A stretch of DNA of 63,753 nucleotides, counting the filler, from Globobulimina sp. (lineage: Eukaryota), in NCBI GenBank assembly GCA_003354225.1. It is 49 parts of 49 records of this genome, joined end to end, with 100 filler letters (N's around TTAATTAATTAA, not from the genome) between each part and the next. Parts side by side here need not be neighbours in the genome. Positions count along the whole stretch, not along the records: positions 36,499 to 37,701 come from PIVH01021061.1; positions 37,802 to 39,004 come from PIVH01021062.1; positions 39,105 to 40,307 come from PIVH01021063.1; positions 40,408 to 41,610 come from PIVH01021064.1; positions 41,711 to 42,913 come from PIVH01021065.1; positions 43,014 to 44,216 come from PIVH01021066.1; positions 44,317 to 45,519 come from PIVH01021067.1; positions 45,620 to 46,822 come from PIVH01021068.1; 41 more parts are not named here. One strand, 5' to 3'. Under the pieces are notes generated by a model that was not told the DNA's origin, did no database searches, and saw only the letters and a program-made list of their open reading frames with translations. Below are positions 36,499 to 48,225 of the stretch, piece by piece. The stretch's first letter is position 1; each line of letters opens with the position of its first letter. The position numbers and the translations under genes are program-made.

Positions 36499-37195
36499 CT
36501 TTAATTATGGTTTATTACTAAGGGACCATTTAAAGAATATGGCCAAAGCATTGACTCAGTTTAAAATGGTGATTGAGCTAAATCCAAATGATAAGGAAGC
36601 GCGCGAGGAATATAATTATACCTTGTCTTTGCATAAAAAGCAGGATCAGGAGTTGGAGCAGGATGATAAGGTTGTTTTTGATGATACGGATTTGAATAAA
36701 ATGGACTTGTCGCAATTGATAGGAAATCCGCAAAGCTCTGAGGGCTCTCAAGATAGCAAAGATAACTCGGAGATTATAGGCAGTCCGACCCAGAAACGAT
36801 TGGAGTATCAAAAGAATAGAAAAAAGAATGCATTTCGGAGAAGTCAGCATGAGATAAACCTGAATTCATTGAATGAGGATGAAAATTATGCATTGAAATA
36901 TGAGCAAGTTGTGGATGAAAAAAATAAGTTGAATGTTATTTTAAAACAGACACAAAGTCAAGTTAATAAGCAAAATGTCAGTTTGATGAAAATCAAAGAG
37001 ATTTTAAGTGGAAGTAATAATTTTAAAAAGGAATTGCATTTAATGGTGCAAAATGGGGCAAATTATGTTGAAGTAAATGCGAAAAAGGCACATAAATTGT
37101 TGTCACTTTGTAATGATATTATGATACAGTTGGAAGCTATGCAAATTACAAAAGATAATGGAAATGGACGTAAACGAGATCCATCCATTGAGTAA
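36499..37195 (+). CDS. TPR + coiled-coil protein, C-terminal part
   Basis: NYGLLL......A..QF...IELNPND.EA TPR helix followed by a coiled coil. Confidence 0.65.
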
Positions 37196-37801
37196 TTTAT
37201 GTATATATGTTTTGTACATTTTAAAGAGGCAATGTTTCATATAAAATCATTATAAATTGTAGCTTGTTTTGAATTATTACTGTTGTTTGATCAATGATTA
37301 TTGTTGATTTGTTTTGGTGTTGGTATTAGTATCAATGCAATCGGCTTTTGTTTGTGAAAATCTTTTTAGGCTCACACTTCTAAACACTAACTCTTTCGTC
37401 AGTTTTGCTTGGCTTTTCCGTAGCAACAATGAGATAAACATAGAGAACCTATTCTATCCATACGCCATTCGACGACCTCCAGACATTACAAAACCACTGG
37501 ATATTAGTAACTCAGGGTAGCTATATATCTGGATCGAAAAAATTATACAGTATACATACCGTATATGATATTTAGTATACACAAAAATAGCATATATTAA
37601 TATATTTAAACAATAGATATAAATTAAGGAGGTGTGATTTCATCGTCCTTTTCTTCAACAACTGCAACTGCTGCAGTTTGTAATTTTGTTTTTGATGATT
37701 GNNNNNNNNNNNNNNNNNNNNNNNNNNNNNNNNNNNNNNNNNNNNTTAATTAATTAANNNNNNNNNNNNNNNNNNNNNNNNNNNNNNNNNNNNNNNNNNN
37801 N

Positions 37802-38173
37802 AAACAATGGATTATAAAAAATGGAATTGATTATAATTGTCAATTTAATTCAGTTTATAAAGTTGATAAATTAATAAAAGATAGTAAATACATATTCGAT
37901 CAGTCAGTTTGTAGTCAAATACCAAATGAAATTGCAAGAGGAATACATTTACAATATCATGCAGAAAAAAAAGCATTATCAATTCTATTGTTTGAAACAT
38001 TCAAAACAGATAAACATCATAAAATATGCAATATATCTGTTTCAATTCCAATGTGTAATGATTGTCATAAATTCTTTGCTCAAATGTCTAAACATTGTGA
38101 TTGTGAAATTCATTGTATTGATCCCAACGGATTGCATGTATTCCAAGATGGATATTGTTCATTGTGTCGATGA
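37802..38173 (+). CDS. DYW-type cytidine deaminase domain (PPR-DYW C-terminus), 5' partial
   Basis: One uninterrupted frame from the contig start: Y.FD.....HLQYHAEKKAL...MCNDCHKFF..MSK....EI...DPNGLHVFQDGYCSLCR*. Confidence 0.88.
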   Translation, partial: KQWIIKNGIDYNCQFNSVYKVDKLIKDSKYIFDQSVCSQIPNEIARGIHLQYHAEKKALSILLFETFKTDKHHKICNISVSIPMCNDCHKFFAQMSKHCDCEIHCIDPNGLHVFQDGYCSLCR

Positions 38174-38887
38174 TAACCCCTTACAAACTTATCTAAACCA
38201 AAACCTCTACTCTTTTTTTCTTGACCATGACAACAACACTTGAACATAAATCCACCGAGAAATAAATGCATGCAGTTGTTGCTTATTTTTGATCCCATTG
38301 AAATGCAGATCGATGGGTGAGGCTTCTGTTTGGCAGAACGACTCATGGTCCTGTCTAAATGCCATAAAAAAGTGGTAAGATTCATGCCAGCCAATGGGAT
38401 GGCAATAATTTGTAATGCAATCAATGATGGTCGGGTATTATTTATTTATCTGACAAATTTAATTAATGATACAAACAAATACCAAAAAAACCATATATAT
38501 CCTAATTTCATTGCGAATGTTTTAATTTATAATTAAAACAAGGGGTCAAACCCATTTAGGATCATTTCTTTCTTGTTAAACAGGTGGTTGCTGGGTGGCG
38601 ACAGTTGTAATTACAAACGAGAAACAAGAGGGAAGCTTGAAATTAAATCAAAATATTTACACAAGAATCCCAATCGCTTAGCTCTGACCGGGCCTAATTT
38701 TCTTTGTGTTTTGTGTTTGCGCGATCGTTTTGTGTTTGGGCTTTCCTTTGGGTTATATATTACCATTTTCTATGCCATCTATCCCTTTTTTTTTGTTGAA
38801 TTTCACAAAAATGTAAATATCTTGATTTGTTAAAAAGCTGCAAAACCCCAAAAAGCACAATTTCTGCAAAACTTCAAAAAAGAACAT

Positions 38888-39004
38888 TTGACTACAAACT
38901 GACTGATCGAATATGTATTTACTATCTTTTATTAATTTATCAACTTTATAAACTGAATTAAATTGACAATTATAATCAATTCCATTTTTTATAATCCATT
39001 GTTT
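38888..39004 (-). repeat. Inverted duplication of 37802-37920 (fold-back chimera)
   Basis: The contig end is the reverse complement of the contig start over about 117 nt. Confidence 0.9.
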
Positions 39005-39104
39005 NNNNNNNNNNNNNNNNNNNNNNNNNNNNNNNNNNNNNNNNNNNNTTAATTAATTAANNNNNNNNNNNNNNNNNNNNNNNNNNNNNNNNNNNNNNNN
39101 NNNN

Positions 39105-40307
39105 ATTTATTGACAAAATATCTGAGGAGTGCCAACGTGGTCAAATTGAACCTATAAACTACGACCCAAAATATATATTAATGATATTTGGAACCCCTAA
39201 AAAAGATGAATTTGGTTTGTATACCAAAACAAGAGTCATTCGAAATGGCTCATTTCATGCAACAGGCAAAACTGCCATAAATCAGTGGATCAGGAAAGAA
39301 AAATGTAATATGAGAGATCTCCCGAATTTAAAAACATACACAAAATTACTTATAAATAACGAATATATGTCATTAAGAGACTTAGCTGATTTTTTCAGAC
39401 AAATTAAATTGCCTGAAAGTGATGCAGACTTTGTAGGTTATTCCTTATTTGGTTTACGTTTTAGAGATCGCAGTCAGCCATACGGCGTGTCGTCAGCACC
39501 CGGTAACTCTCAATACTTCTCAACAATTTTAGTCTGGATTCTTAATAATTGTATCTTGAATGATAAACAACAGCATCTAATAAATTCTGTATTAGTCCAT
39601 ATTGATGATTTTGTATTAGCAGCAAAATCCAAATCTGACTGCAAATTATTAACTGATTTATTTGATAATTTATTGAGAGAATTAAAAGTAAAGGTTTCTG
39701 AGCATAAATCTGTTAATAATGTAAGAAAAGGTGTTATTTACGGTATTTATTGGAATTTGATAAACAAAACTTTAAAAATACCTGATTTAGCATTAAAACA
39801 ATTAAAATATTTCATATCATTAGTCATCAAATACAGAATAGCAACTGGCCGTGCTTTAGAATCCTTAACTGGCAAAATAATGCATTGGAGCCAGTTAAAT
39901 AAAGCCACAAAAGCCTTAGCATACAGATCTTTGGCTTATATCCATAAAAATATTCGAAATGGTCGTTTAAAGAAAACAGACTGTATAATTTTGCCCATTT
40001 CAGTCATTAATGATTTGCGTTTCTGGCTAAAATGGATCGATAATATTAAAATTGTGTCAATGTATACAATTTTAAACAATCCGTCAATTAATATGTACGC
40101 AGCAACTGATGCTTGCGAAGATGGTGCAGGTTATGTATTAGATTCATTATTTGCGAAATATAAATTCAATAATAATGACTTTAAAATGTCCATAAATCAA
40201 AAAGAAGCTCATTGTGTCCTTACACTCATTGAATCGCATAAAAAAATATTAACTGGAAAATCCTTACAATTATATATTGACAATGCATCCTGTTATTATT
40301 CAATGGT
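39105..40307 (+). mobile_element. DIRS/Ngaro-type retrotransposon RT-RNase H, partial
   Basis: RT motifs DL.D.F.QI, PYG.SSAP and HIDDF; DIRS-type L..L.GK..H connection; RNase H motifs TDAC...AG, IN.KE and L.IDN. Confidence 0.9.
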
Positions 40308-40694
40308 NNNNNNNNNNNNNNNNNNNNNNNNNNNNNNNNNNNNNNNNNNNNTTAATTAATTAANNNNNNNNNNNNNNNNNNNNNNNNNNNNNNNNNNNNN
40401 NNNNNNNATTGATTATGGTTGATTTGTTTGTTTTGGTGATACGCGCTGCATTTATCATCAAGGAAGGTGGTTGTTTGGTTGTTGGTTGTTTTTGTTGTTT
40501 ATATGGTATATTTGCAGGCTTTGTGATTGAGGATGTTGTGACAGTGAACGAAGAGCCAGTGCACGAATTAAGTGTCATTGAAGAATGTGCTCACAAGTCC
40601 GATTCCAGACTCACAAGTTTATGACACTCCGCAACAGCTTTAAATAAAAAAACTGTCAAAATAAAATCACTAAAAATGTTTGAAATTAAAGGCA

Positions 40695-41561
40695 TTACTT
40701 TTGCTGATTGAAAAAGCGTGTGATTGTATTGCCATTATTCACCTTTGAATTATGCTTTGCTTTCTTCTTTGGCGGCTCATTATTATTATTATTATTATTA
40801 TTTCTGTTCACTCCTAACACAGAATTGTTATTTTTAAACACATGCCGAATAAACATATATTTGGAGTTCGAATGCAATGTATTTACCAAATCATTTCCTG
40901 TCAAAGTCTTGTTTGTTTGTTGTGAATTTATTTTTTTTACTAATTCATCAATAAATAATTGCGTCGATTCGTTTATTAAAAATATGGCCTCTTTTGATAT
41001 TCTTTTAATATCGGGATCTTTCAACACTATTTTTTTTATTGTACCCAAAGGAAATGAGACGGAGCTCTGACTTTTATTTAATTTCTTATTTTCTTGTTGC
41101 AATAATAATAATTTCCTTTTTTCAGGGTTTTGTTCCAAATATTCTTCATATTTTCTCTTGGCATCATCTACTTTTTCATTCCATTCTGCTTTGCCTTCGT
41201 CTCCCAAAGCATTCCAAAGCGCAGCTATCCGTTTTGATTGCTCTTTTTGTTTTGTATGTATTGTTATTTTGTTTTTTTCAAATATGAAATCGGAAAAATT
41301 AACCAGAGACAGAACCGCATTGCCCGACGTGCTTTCTGTTGGATTGGGCAAATAACATATAACCAGAACGTGCGGGTTTCATCGAATCTAATTCTGCTAA
41401 CTGCAATTGAACAGATTCAGAATTTAAATCAATATCATTTGAACTCCGTATTGGTTCTTCACATGATTCAGTTTGTTTATGTTCATTATTTGCTGATGGT
41501 ATGTGGAAACGAATTGTAACAAATTGTCGATTGTTTCCAGTAAACGAGATTCTGAAGACAT
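40695..41561 (-). CDS. HMG-box + histone-fold (NF-YC/DPB3/CHRAC-like) protein with two introns
   Basis: Splicing restores the HMG box KPARSGYMLF..|EQSKRIAALWNAL....K..W. The histone fold reads FPLGTIKKIV..DPDI..ISKEA.FLI...T.LFI.EL. The C-terminus ends NTITRFF. Confidence 0.8.
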
Positions 41562-41710
41562 GTGAGATGTGAAAATGAAAAAAAAAAAATTAAATATCGA
41601 AATATTAACANNNNNNNNNNNNNNNNNNNNNNNNNNNNNNNNNNNNNNNNNNNNTTAATTAATTAANNNNNNNNNNNNNNNNNNNNNNNNNNNNNNNNNN
41701 NNNNNNNNNN

Positions 41711-42579
41711 ATTTTATCAATCAATCACATACGCCATTAACATATGAATCAGAATTGGATGAACTGGACGAAGAATTATCATATTTAATGAAACAAAACA
41801 ATGTAAATAAACTCAAATCATTTCGAATTCCAAAATGGGAAAAAAAGCAATATATTGACACATTAAAACAAAAAATAAAATATAAAAAACATAGGCATAC
41901 ACATAGACAATTGGAAGAAGAGAAAGAATTGCAATGTTTGCGATGTTTGCAAGGAATAAGCACGGATACTGTTGATAGTAAATGCAAATTCCATGCGTTG
42001 TCCAGCCAAGCCCCGCACTATGACAATATTGAATATTTTGTGCAGCGAAATGACGATTTAAGTCATGTAAAAAATTTCAAATTTGCATGTTGTAAAAGAA
42101 ACTGTAAAGGATATTTTTTGGATTATAAATCACAACGAAATGGCTGTTGTGTACGAGACAAACATTTGTTTGATAATGACCATGATGAACAAATTGAAAG
42201 TGTTAAAAAAATTAACTTATGTGGTAAATGGAAAATGTTTGCTTATTTTGAAAATATGAAAACAATACAAATGATTCACGATATTGATATTATAAAACAC
42301 AACAAATTTGGGGATATTGAAGGACATTTAATTGGGACCACATATATTGATGGAAATAAATGTGAGTATACGCATAACTTTGCAACTGATCGTGATTTAT
42401 ATTCAGGACAATTAAGAGGAGAACAATTAATATTAACATACCGTGGCAAACAATCTTATGTGGAATCGTATGTATTACATGTTGAAGAATATCAATTATG
42501 CGGCCAATTTGCTTCCGATCACAGGCGAGGGACATGCGAATGGTTCAAGATCCAAAAAATACAAACTCAGGTTTTGTAA
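41711..42579 (+). CDS. Hypothetical Cys/His-rich protein, 5' partial
   Basis: C.RC...C.FH and CC...C...GC...H clusters. Confidence 0.55.
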
Positions 42580-43013
42580 CAAACATACTTTTTTTGTCAT
42601 ATTGTTTAATTTATTTTATAATATTTATTTGTCAATTTATTTTTCATTTTGTTTAGTTTGGATATGAAGACTTGCATTTTAAAACCAAACATTACTCTTT
42701 GTTTTGTTTAACTTCCATCAAAATCATCAAGAACGTGCTTAACCACATTAAAACCAATTGTTTAATAAAGTTCAAACGGTGTTCTAAATATTTGTCAAAA
42801 AAAAAATTAAGATTCCAATTTTTTTGTTTGTATTTTTGTCATTGGAATAAATGATGAAAAATATCATGAAGTGCACCATACATCATCATACTATCGAATA
42901 GATGATAAAAAACNNNNNNNNNNNNNNNNNNNNNNNNNNNNNNNNNNNNNNNNNNNNTTAATTAATTAANNNNNNNNNNNNNNNNNNNNNNNNNNNNNNN
43001 NNNNNNNNNNNNN

Positions 43014-44216
43014 AATTGCTTATGTTACACCTAAAGCAGTGTATCATTGGAGCATGGAAGGTGACGTGGAGCCCGTCAAGAAATTCGACATCGTGCCCGA
43101 AGAGCGCCAAGTTCAAATCATTGGCTATGACGCGTCTGCCGACAATAACTGGCTATTCCTCCAAGGCATCGCCAAATCGCAAACCGATAATAGCATCGAA
43201 GGCGTATTGCAATTATACAACGTGCCCTTAAATCGGTATCAGCCCAAAATGAATGCACATGGCGGCTGCTTTGCGCATTTAAACATCAATGGGAGAGACG
43301 CCACGCTATTCTGCTTCACCAAGAAAGACGGGATGACCACCAAACTGTTCGTGGTCGAAGTGGGTAACCAAGAAAACCCACTACGCGTCCAGGCTGAGAT
43401 ACATTTCCAGCAACAAAACGATTTCGTGGTCGCCATGGTGCCCGCCAGTAAGTATGGATGCATCTATGCCATATCGCAACAAGGCACCTTGTTTTTGTAT
43501 GATATTCAAACGGGTCGACACGTGTTCTCGCGCAGAGTATCCAACGTATGTCGGTATATACTGTATGCCCCAATGTCAGGTATAAGTATAACTAATGTAA
43601 TACATAGACTACGATGTTTTTGTCCGTACCACACACCGAATCCGGCGGTGTGGTAACCTTAGACCGCAGTGGCCGCGTGGCGTTGTTTCATGTGGATCGC
43701 GATAATTATGTGCCGTATGTGACCAATACAGTGGGCGACGCCAAGTTGGGTGTGACCATTGCGACGAAATATAACTTACCCGGCGCTGGGACTATATTTA
43801 AAACGCGCTTTGAGCAGTTATTGGCTCAGGGAGCGTATGCCCAAGCTATTAAATTGGCGGTGGATGCGCCGCAAAGCGTGCTGCGAACACCGGAAACTAT
43901 TCAGAAGTTCCAAGCTGCCCCGAATGTCGGTGGGGGGCCACCCGCCGACTTGCAATATTATACAGCTTTGCTACAAAAAGGACCGTTGAATAAGGCTGAA
44001 TCCATTGGATTATGTCAGCGGATATTACACTTCCGACCCGACGAAGGCAAGGCAAAAATCGAGAAATTTTTGAAAGAGAAGAAATTAGAAAATTCAGAGG
44101 TAAAATATATATTATATACACCAAATTGCCTGGCGTTAATCCGCGCAAATTCGCATTGTTTCTATATAGGAATTGGGCGATTTATTAGCAAGACATGATC
44201 CTAAATTGGCAGCATC
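43014..44216 (+). CDS. CHC: Clathrin heavy chain (N-terminal propeller/linker), partial; introns 43546-43607 and 44100-44169
   Basis: VYHWSMEG, QIIGY, G.LQLYN, DF.VAM..S.KYG.IY, YDI.TG, LRTPETIQKF and splice-restored LE.SE|ELGDL. Confidence 0.96.
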
Positions 44217-44316
44217 NNNNNNNNNNNNNNNNNNNNNNNNNNNNNNNNNNNNNNNNNNNNTTAATTAATTAANNNNNNNNNNNNNNNNNNNNNNNNNNNN
44301 NNNNNNNNNNNNNNNN

Positions 44317-45519
44317 TGTGATTCAACAGATTTACAATCATCGTCGCAATCAACCTTGGTTTAGGGCATATATTCAAAAATATTTCAAACCAAAACCACC
44401 ACCAACTAAGAAACGTAGAGTTGCTTCATTTGTTTTTCCAAAATCAGGAAAAACACCCAAACCACCAAAAACTACAAAACATCAAAAACCTACCAATGCT
44501 AGAAAACCACAAAAAACTACAAAACCTCCAAAACCTCAGAAATCTCCAAAAAAATTAAAATCCTCGAAAACTACAAAAAGCAGTGATGCATTGCAAAAAA
44601 TTGATGTTAATTTGAAAAAATTAGAGCTTAATACAAACCCAAAGGCAACTTTTGAAATAATGGACAAAACTAATCTTTGTAAATTAGCAACTTCATTTCC
44701 TTCTGGTTGGACTAAAAAATTAATTACGCGAATTTTGTCATTGGGCAGTTAACCAAAACTTACCAGGATGGAATAAAATTCGAATCTCTGAAGAAAATAT
44801 TAATAAATTACCAGTAAATGGTGTACCTGAAAATCTACCGACGATAATAGATGAAAAAATAGATGAGATAGAGATAGCTGAAGGACCTGGCTATAATGAT
44901 GCATATTTGGACAATGAAGAAAAAAATGAGTATGAATCTGATGAGGAAAAAAATGTAAAAAACAATGAGGAAAAACCATTCATTTCTTGCGGCATAACTG
45001 TTCCTGGCAAAGAGCAATTACAGTCTAAAAAAATTGAACACATTTTAAATTGGCCAAGCACAGACAACAACGCAGTAAGCGAATTTTTAACTAGTAGTTT
45101 ATGTTGCAAAGTATTCCCAACATTATTTCCTAATGGAACCGGAGATCCCACAAATTCAAACAGAATTCGCAGTGTAAAAGATTTTGCTGCTGCTGTTAAA
45201 CATTTGCTTAAATTTGCGTACCAAAAAGAAGATGGAAAATGGTTTTATCCTTACGCAGCACATCCAACTTTTGCATTTTGGTGTTTAAATATGATTCAAA
45301 GACATAGAGCCTTAAAAAGTGCAAATTTATATTTAACAAAACATCCTGAAGATCAAGAATTAACGGTGGAGGAAATTTTAGAGGAATTAGAAACTACGAC
45401 TAAAAAACCACAATTTTTAAAAAGAATTCAACGTTGGAGTGAGAACATCACAGGTTCCACAGGATATTGGCACGCACACACTAAAAAATTGCGAAATGGA
45501 CTCGAACAATTGAATTCTG
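44317..45519 (+). mobile_element. Helitron Rep-helicase N-terminal region, partial, frameshift near 44730
   Basis: I.ISEENI..LP.NG.P, FPTLFP.G.GD, HP.F.FW..N..QR and I.GS..YW, matching Helitron_like_N and its flank. Confidence 0.88.
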
Positions 45520-45619
45520 NNNNNNNNNNNNNNNNNNNNNNNNNNNNNNNNNNNNNNNNNNNNTTAATTAATTAANNNNNNNNNNNNNNNNNNNNNNNNN
45601 NNNNNNNNNNNNNNNNNNN

Positions 45620-46822
45620 GAACAATGATGGAATATTACTTTTATTACTTGTGTGTTTTGATCACTTTCTAATTCCGATGATATTTCATGTTCAATAAAC
45701 TCTGATGATTTCATATTTTTTAAATCCGAAGTCATAAAAGAATCATCTTCTGAGCCATGTGATATAATATGAATAAGCACACCATTATATGTCTTATCTT
45801 CCAATCTCTTTTTTTGTTCATCAATAAAGTCAATCACATCACGTTTGGTACAATACCATGGGTCACATCCTACGCATACCTTAACATCAAAATTATAGGT
45901 TGTTTGCCAAAGATTTATCAATTTATCAACACATCGCTTGACTCCAGATAAAAAAAAGTTTTTTTTCTCAAACTGGGAAATGCCGATTATTAATACCAAG
46001 GCTTTATCGACAACAAATGCTTCGTCATATTGGTGTTTACAATAAACATACACAACAAAAATAATCGCACAGGGAATTACTATTAAAAATAGTAAATACA
46101 ACAAATCCCAATTGATGACGGTATAATCTTTGGGAAGAATTGTAATGTTTACGTTATTATGAGCTACAAGATTACCATTATCAGCAATTACATGTATTGT
46201 AAAATTTTCATATGCATTGTGGTTGGTAACAATTGGTTTTATTGACAAAGTGTCAGAAATATTTGCTACAAACAAATTATTAATCTGTAATTTGTTGTTT
46301 GTAAATAACAACATAATTGACGATGAATACGCAGTTACTATATTGTCAAATGTATCAGTAACATAAAATGATATCTTCAGATCTGAATCAACCACACATT
46401 CTGTGTCATATATAAAATGTATGTAATAAGGTGTTGTGTATTTAATTGCTGACGATTCATCAAACTGTAACTTGTGATTTGGTTCAAAATAATGATTGCT
46501 ACATTGTATATGTAATTGTGTTATGTACTGTTGTGATTGGTTAACGTTGGAGTGGTTTTGTAGCGTTTCATAACAAACAACATCACATTCCTTATCATCA
46601 TATTTAAACGACATATGTTTCTCTAAAATTGTATCAATAAACACAAATACGCCATCATCCATTTCCATTATTGTGTATTCAGTGGTGTTTACTTCGAAAT
46701 TTGTATGAAATGTGATATTGTCCAACAACACAGATACTCCATTTGATGTTTTAAGGATGGGGTTGTTTGGATTTCTTGCAATTAAATGATCCATAGGACT
46801 TGAATCAGAAAAAGAAAAATTC
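45620..46822 (-). CDS. Single-pass transmembrane protein with a cytoplasmic caspase-like (peptidase C14) domain; partial at both ends
   Basis: A long Asn/Thr-rich ectodomain, a TM helix (LLYLLFLIVIPCAIIFVVYVY), then ALVLIIGISQF..L.GV....L..LW...YNF.V, GVLIHIISHG, and KVIFHHC at the contig end. Confidence 0.82.
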
Positions 46823-46922
46823 NNNNNNNNNNNNNNNNNNNNNNNNNNNNNNNNNNNNNNNNNNNNTTAATTAATTAANNNNNNNNNNNNNNNNNNNNNN
46901 NNNNNNNNNNNNNNNNNNNNNN

Positions 46923-47779
46923 AAATCCAAATTTGAATGGCCGGCAATCCATTCCCACCAATTTGGAATACGAGACTTCGCATTGAAGTATGGAAGGAAT
47001 ATAAACGTGGGTAAAGAGGCTATGCCCAACTTATATAACTACGAAATCGCAGAAAATAGACAAAAGCCAGGAAAAGGATGCTCGGCACCTATTACTGAGC
47101 AAATGATTGGAAATTGGATTAAAATAATTAACAAAGATCCAAAATTGAACAAAGAATCAAAGCTTTCATGGATAGCAATAATTAGTTTAGCATTCAATGA
47201 GATTAAAAGAATCAGCGAATATACAACAGAAACAGGACTAGAAAATGCTATAAATTATGATAGCATGCAATTTGAATACAAATTACATAGCAAGTTATGG
47301 CAACAATCAACATATATAATATGGCAAAGAAACAAGGGAAAAACACATCAGTTTATTACGACAAATAATAAGTTACAAACGGCCATTGTCTGCCAATGTA
47401 ACAATACGAATAAGATTCCTACCATGTATTTGTTTATTGGTTTACTTTTATCTGTAAACATATAATCGGTTCCTTTCAATTTGATTCCTTTGAAGTTACT
47501 TTGCGCCAATCTCCATTTTGTTAGCTTCATTACTGCGCATTTGGTGCATATAGTAAATTAAAGGAATTATGCATAGAAACAGGACACGATCCAAAGCTAC
47601 ATACACCGCATGGATTTCGTAAAGGAGGGACACAAAAAGCAATAGCAGATGCAATGCCATTGCCACAAATCCAAAAACATGCAGATTGGAATGGACCGAC
47701 AATGATATATCGGTACAACAACAAAGTAAATATACAAAAGCAAATAGGCATTTTGAAAAACGTTTATAACAAACGTTAA
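46923..47779 (+). mobile_element. Tyrosine recombinase (DIRS-type) with an internal inversion of about 150 bp
   Basis: AF....RISEY and KT.Q, then HGFRKGG, I.KHADW and M..RY in the 3' part. The segment at about 47405-47555 reads as coding only on the minus strand. Confidence 0.85.
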
Positions 47780-48225
47780 AAATGGAGTGTAATTTATTTA
47801 AATTAAATTGATAGAACAAACTTAAGACAAATACTAAAACATATACAAATAGAAACGATTGGTATTAAGAACTAGATTATGAAAACAACAACAACGAGTG
47901 GTATATGAAGTGTCTCTGGTACAACCCCGTAAGTACCTTAATAGTCTCAGAAACACCGAGTACCCTATCTAGTTATTACCAAACGTCCTAAACAATCTAT
48001 ATAGGTATCGACGAATATAACTCATATTATAATTATATGTTTATAGATTTTTAGATGGTGTGGACACTGTGGATGATGACGTAAATGTGGAGCGTAAAAG
48101 ATTTGTGACTCAGAGAGAAAACCGTNNNNNNNNNNNNNNNNNNNNNNNNNNNNNNNNNNNNNNNNNNNNTTAATTAATTAANNNNNNNNNNNNNNNNNNN
48201 NNNNNNNNNNNNNNNNNNNNNNNNN

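Noticed and set aside
37802-39004. Terminal inverted repeats of a transposon carrying a DYW gene
   Set aside because: The repeat is an exact copy of coding sequence that ends precisely at both contig ends, which is typical of a fold-back or assembly artefact.
28958-47779. Gag-like, RT-RNase H and YR fragments as one DIRS element or gene cluster
   Set aside because: They lie on separate contigs ordered only by length, with no evidence of linkage.
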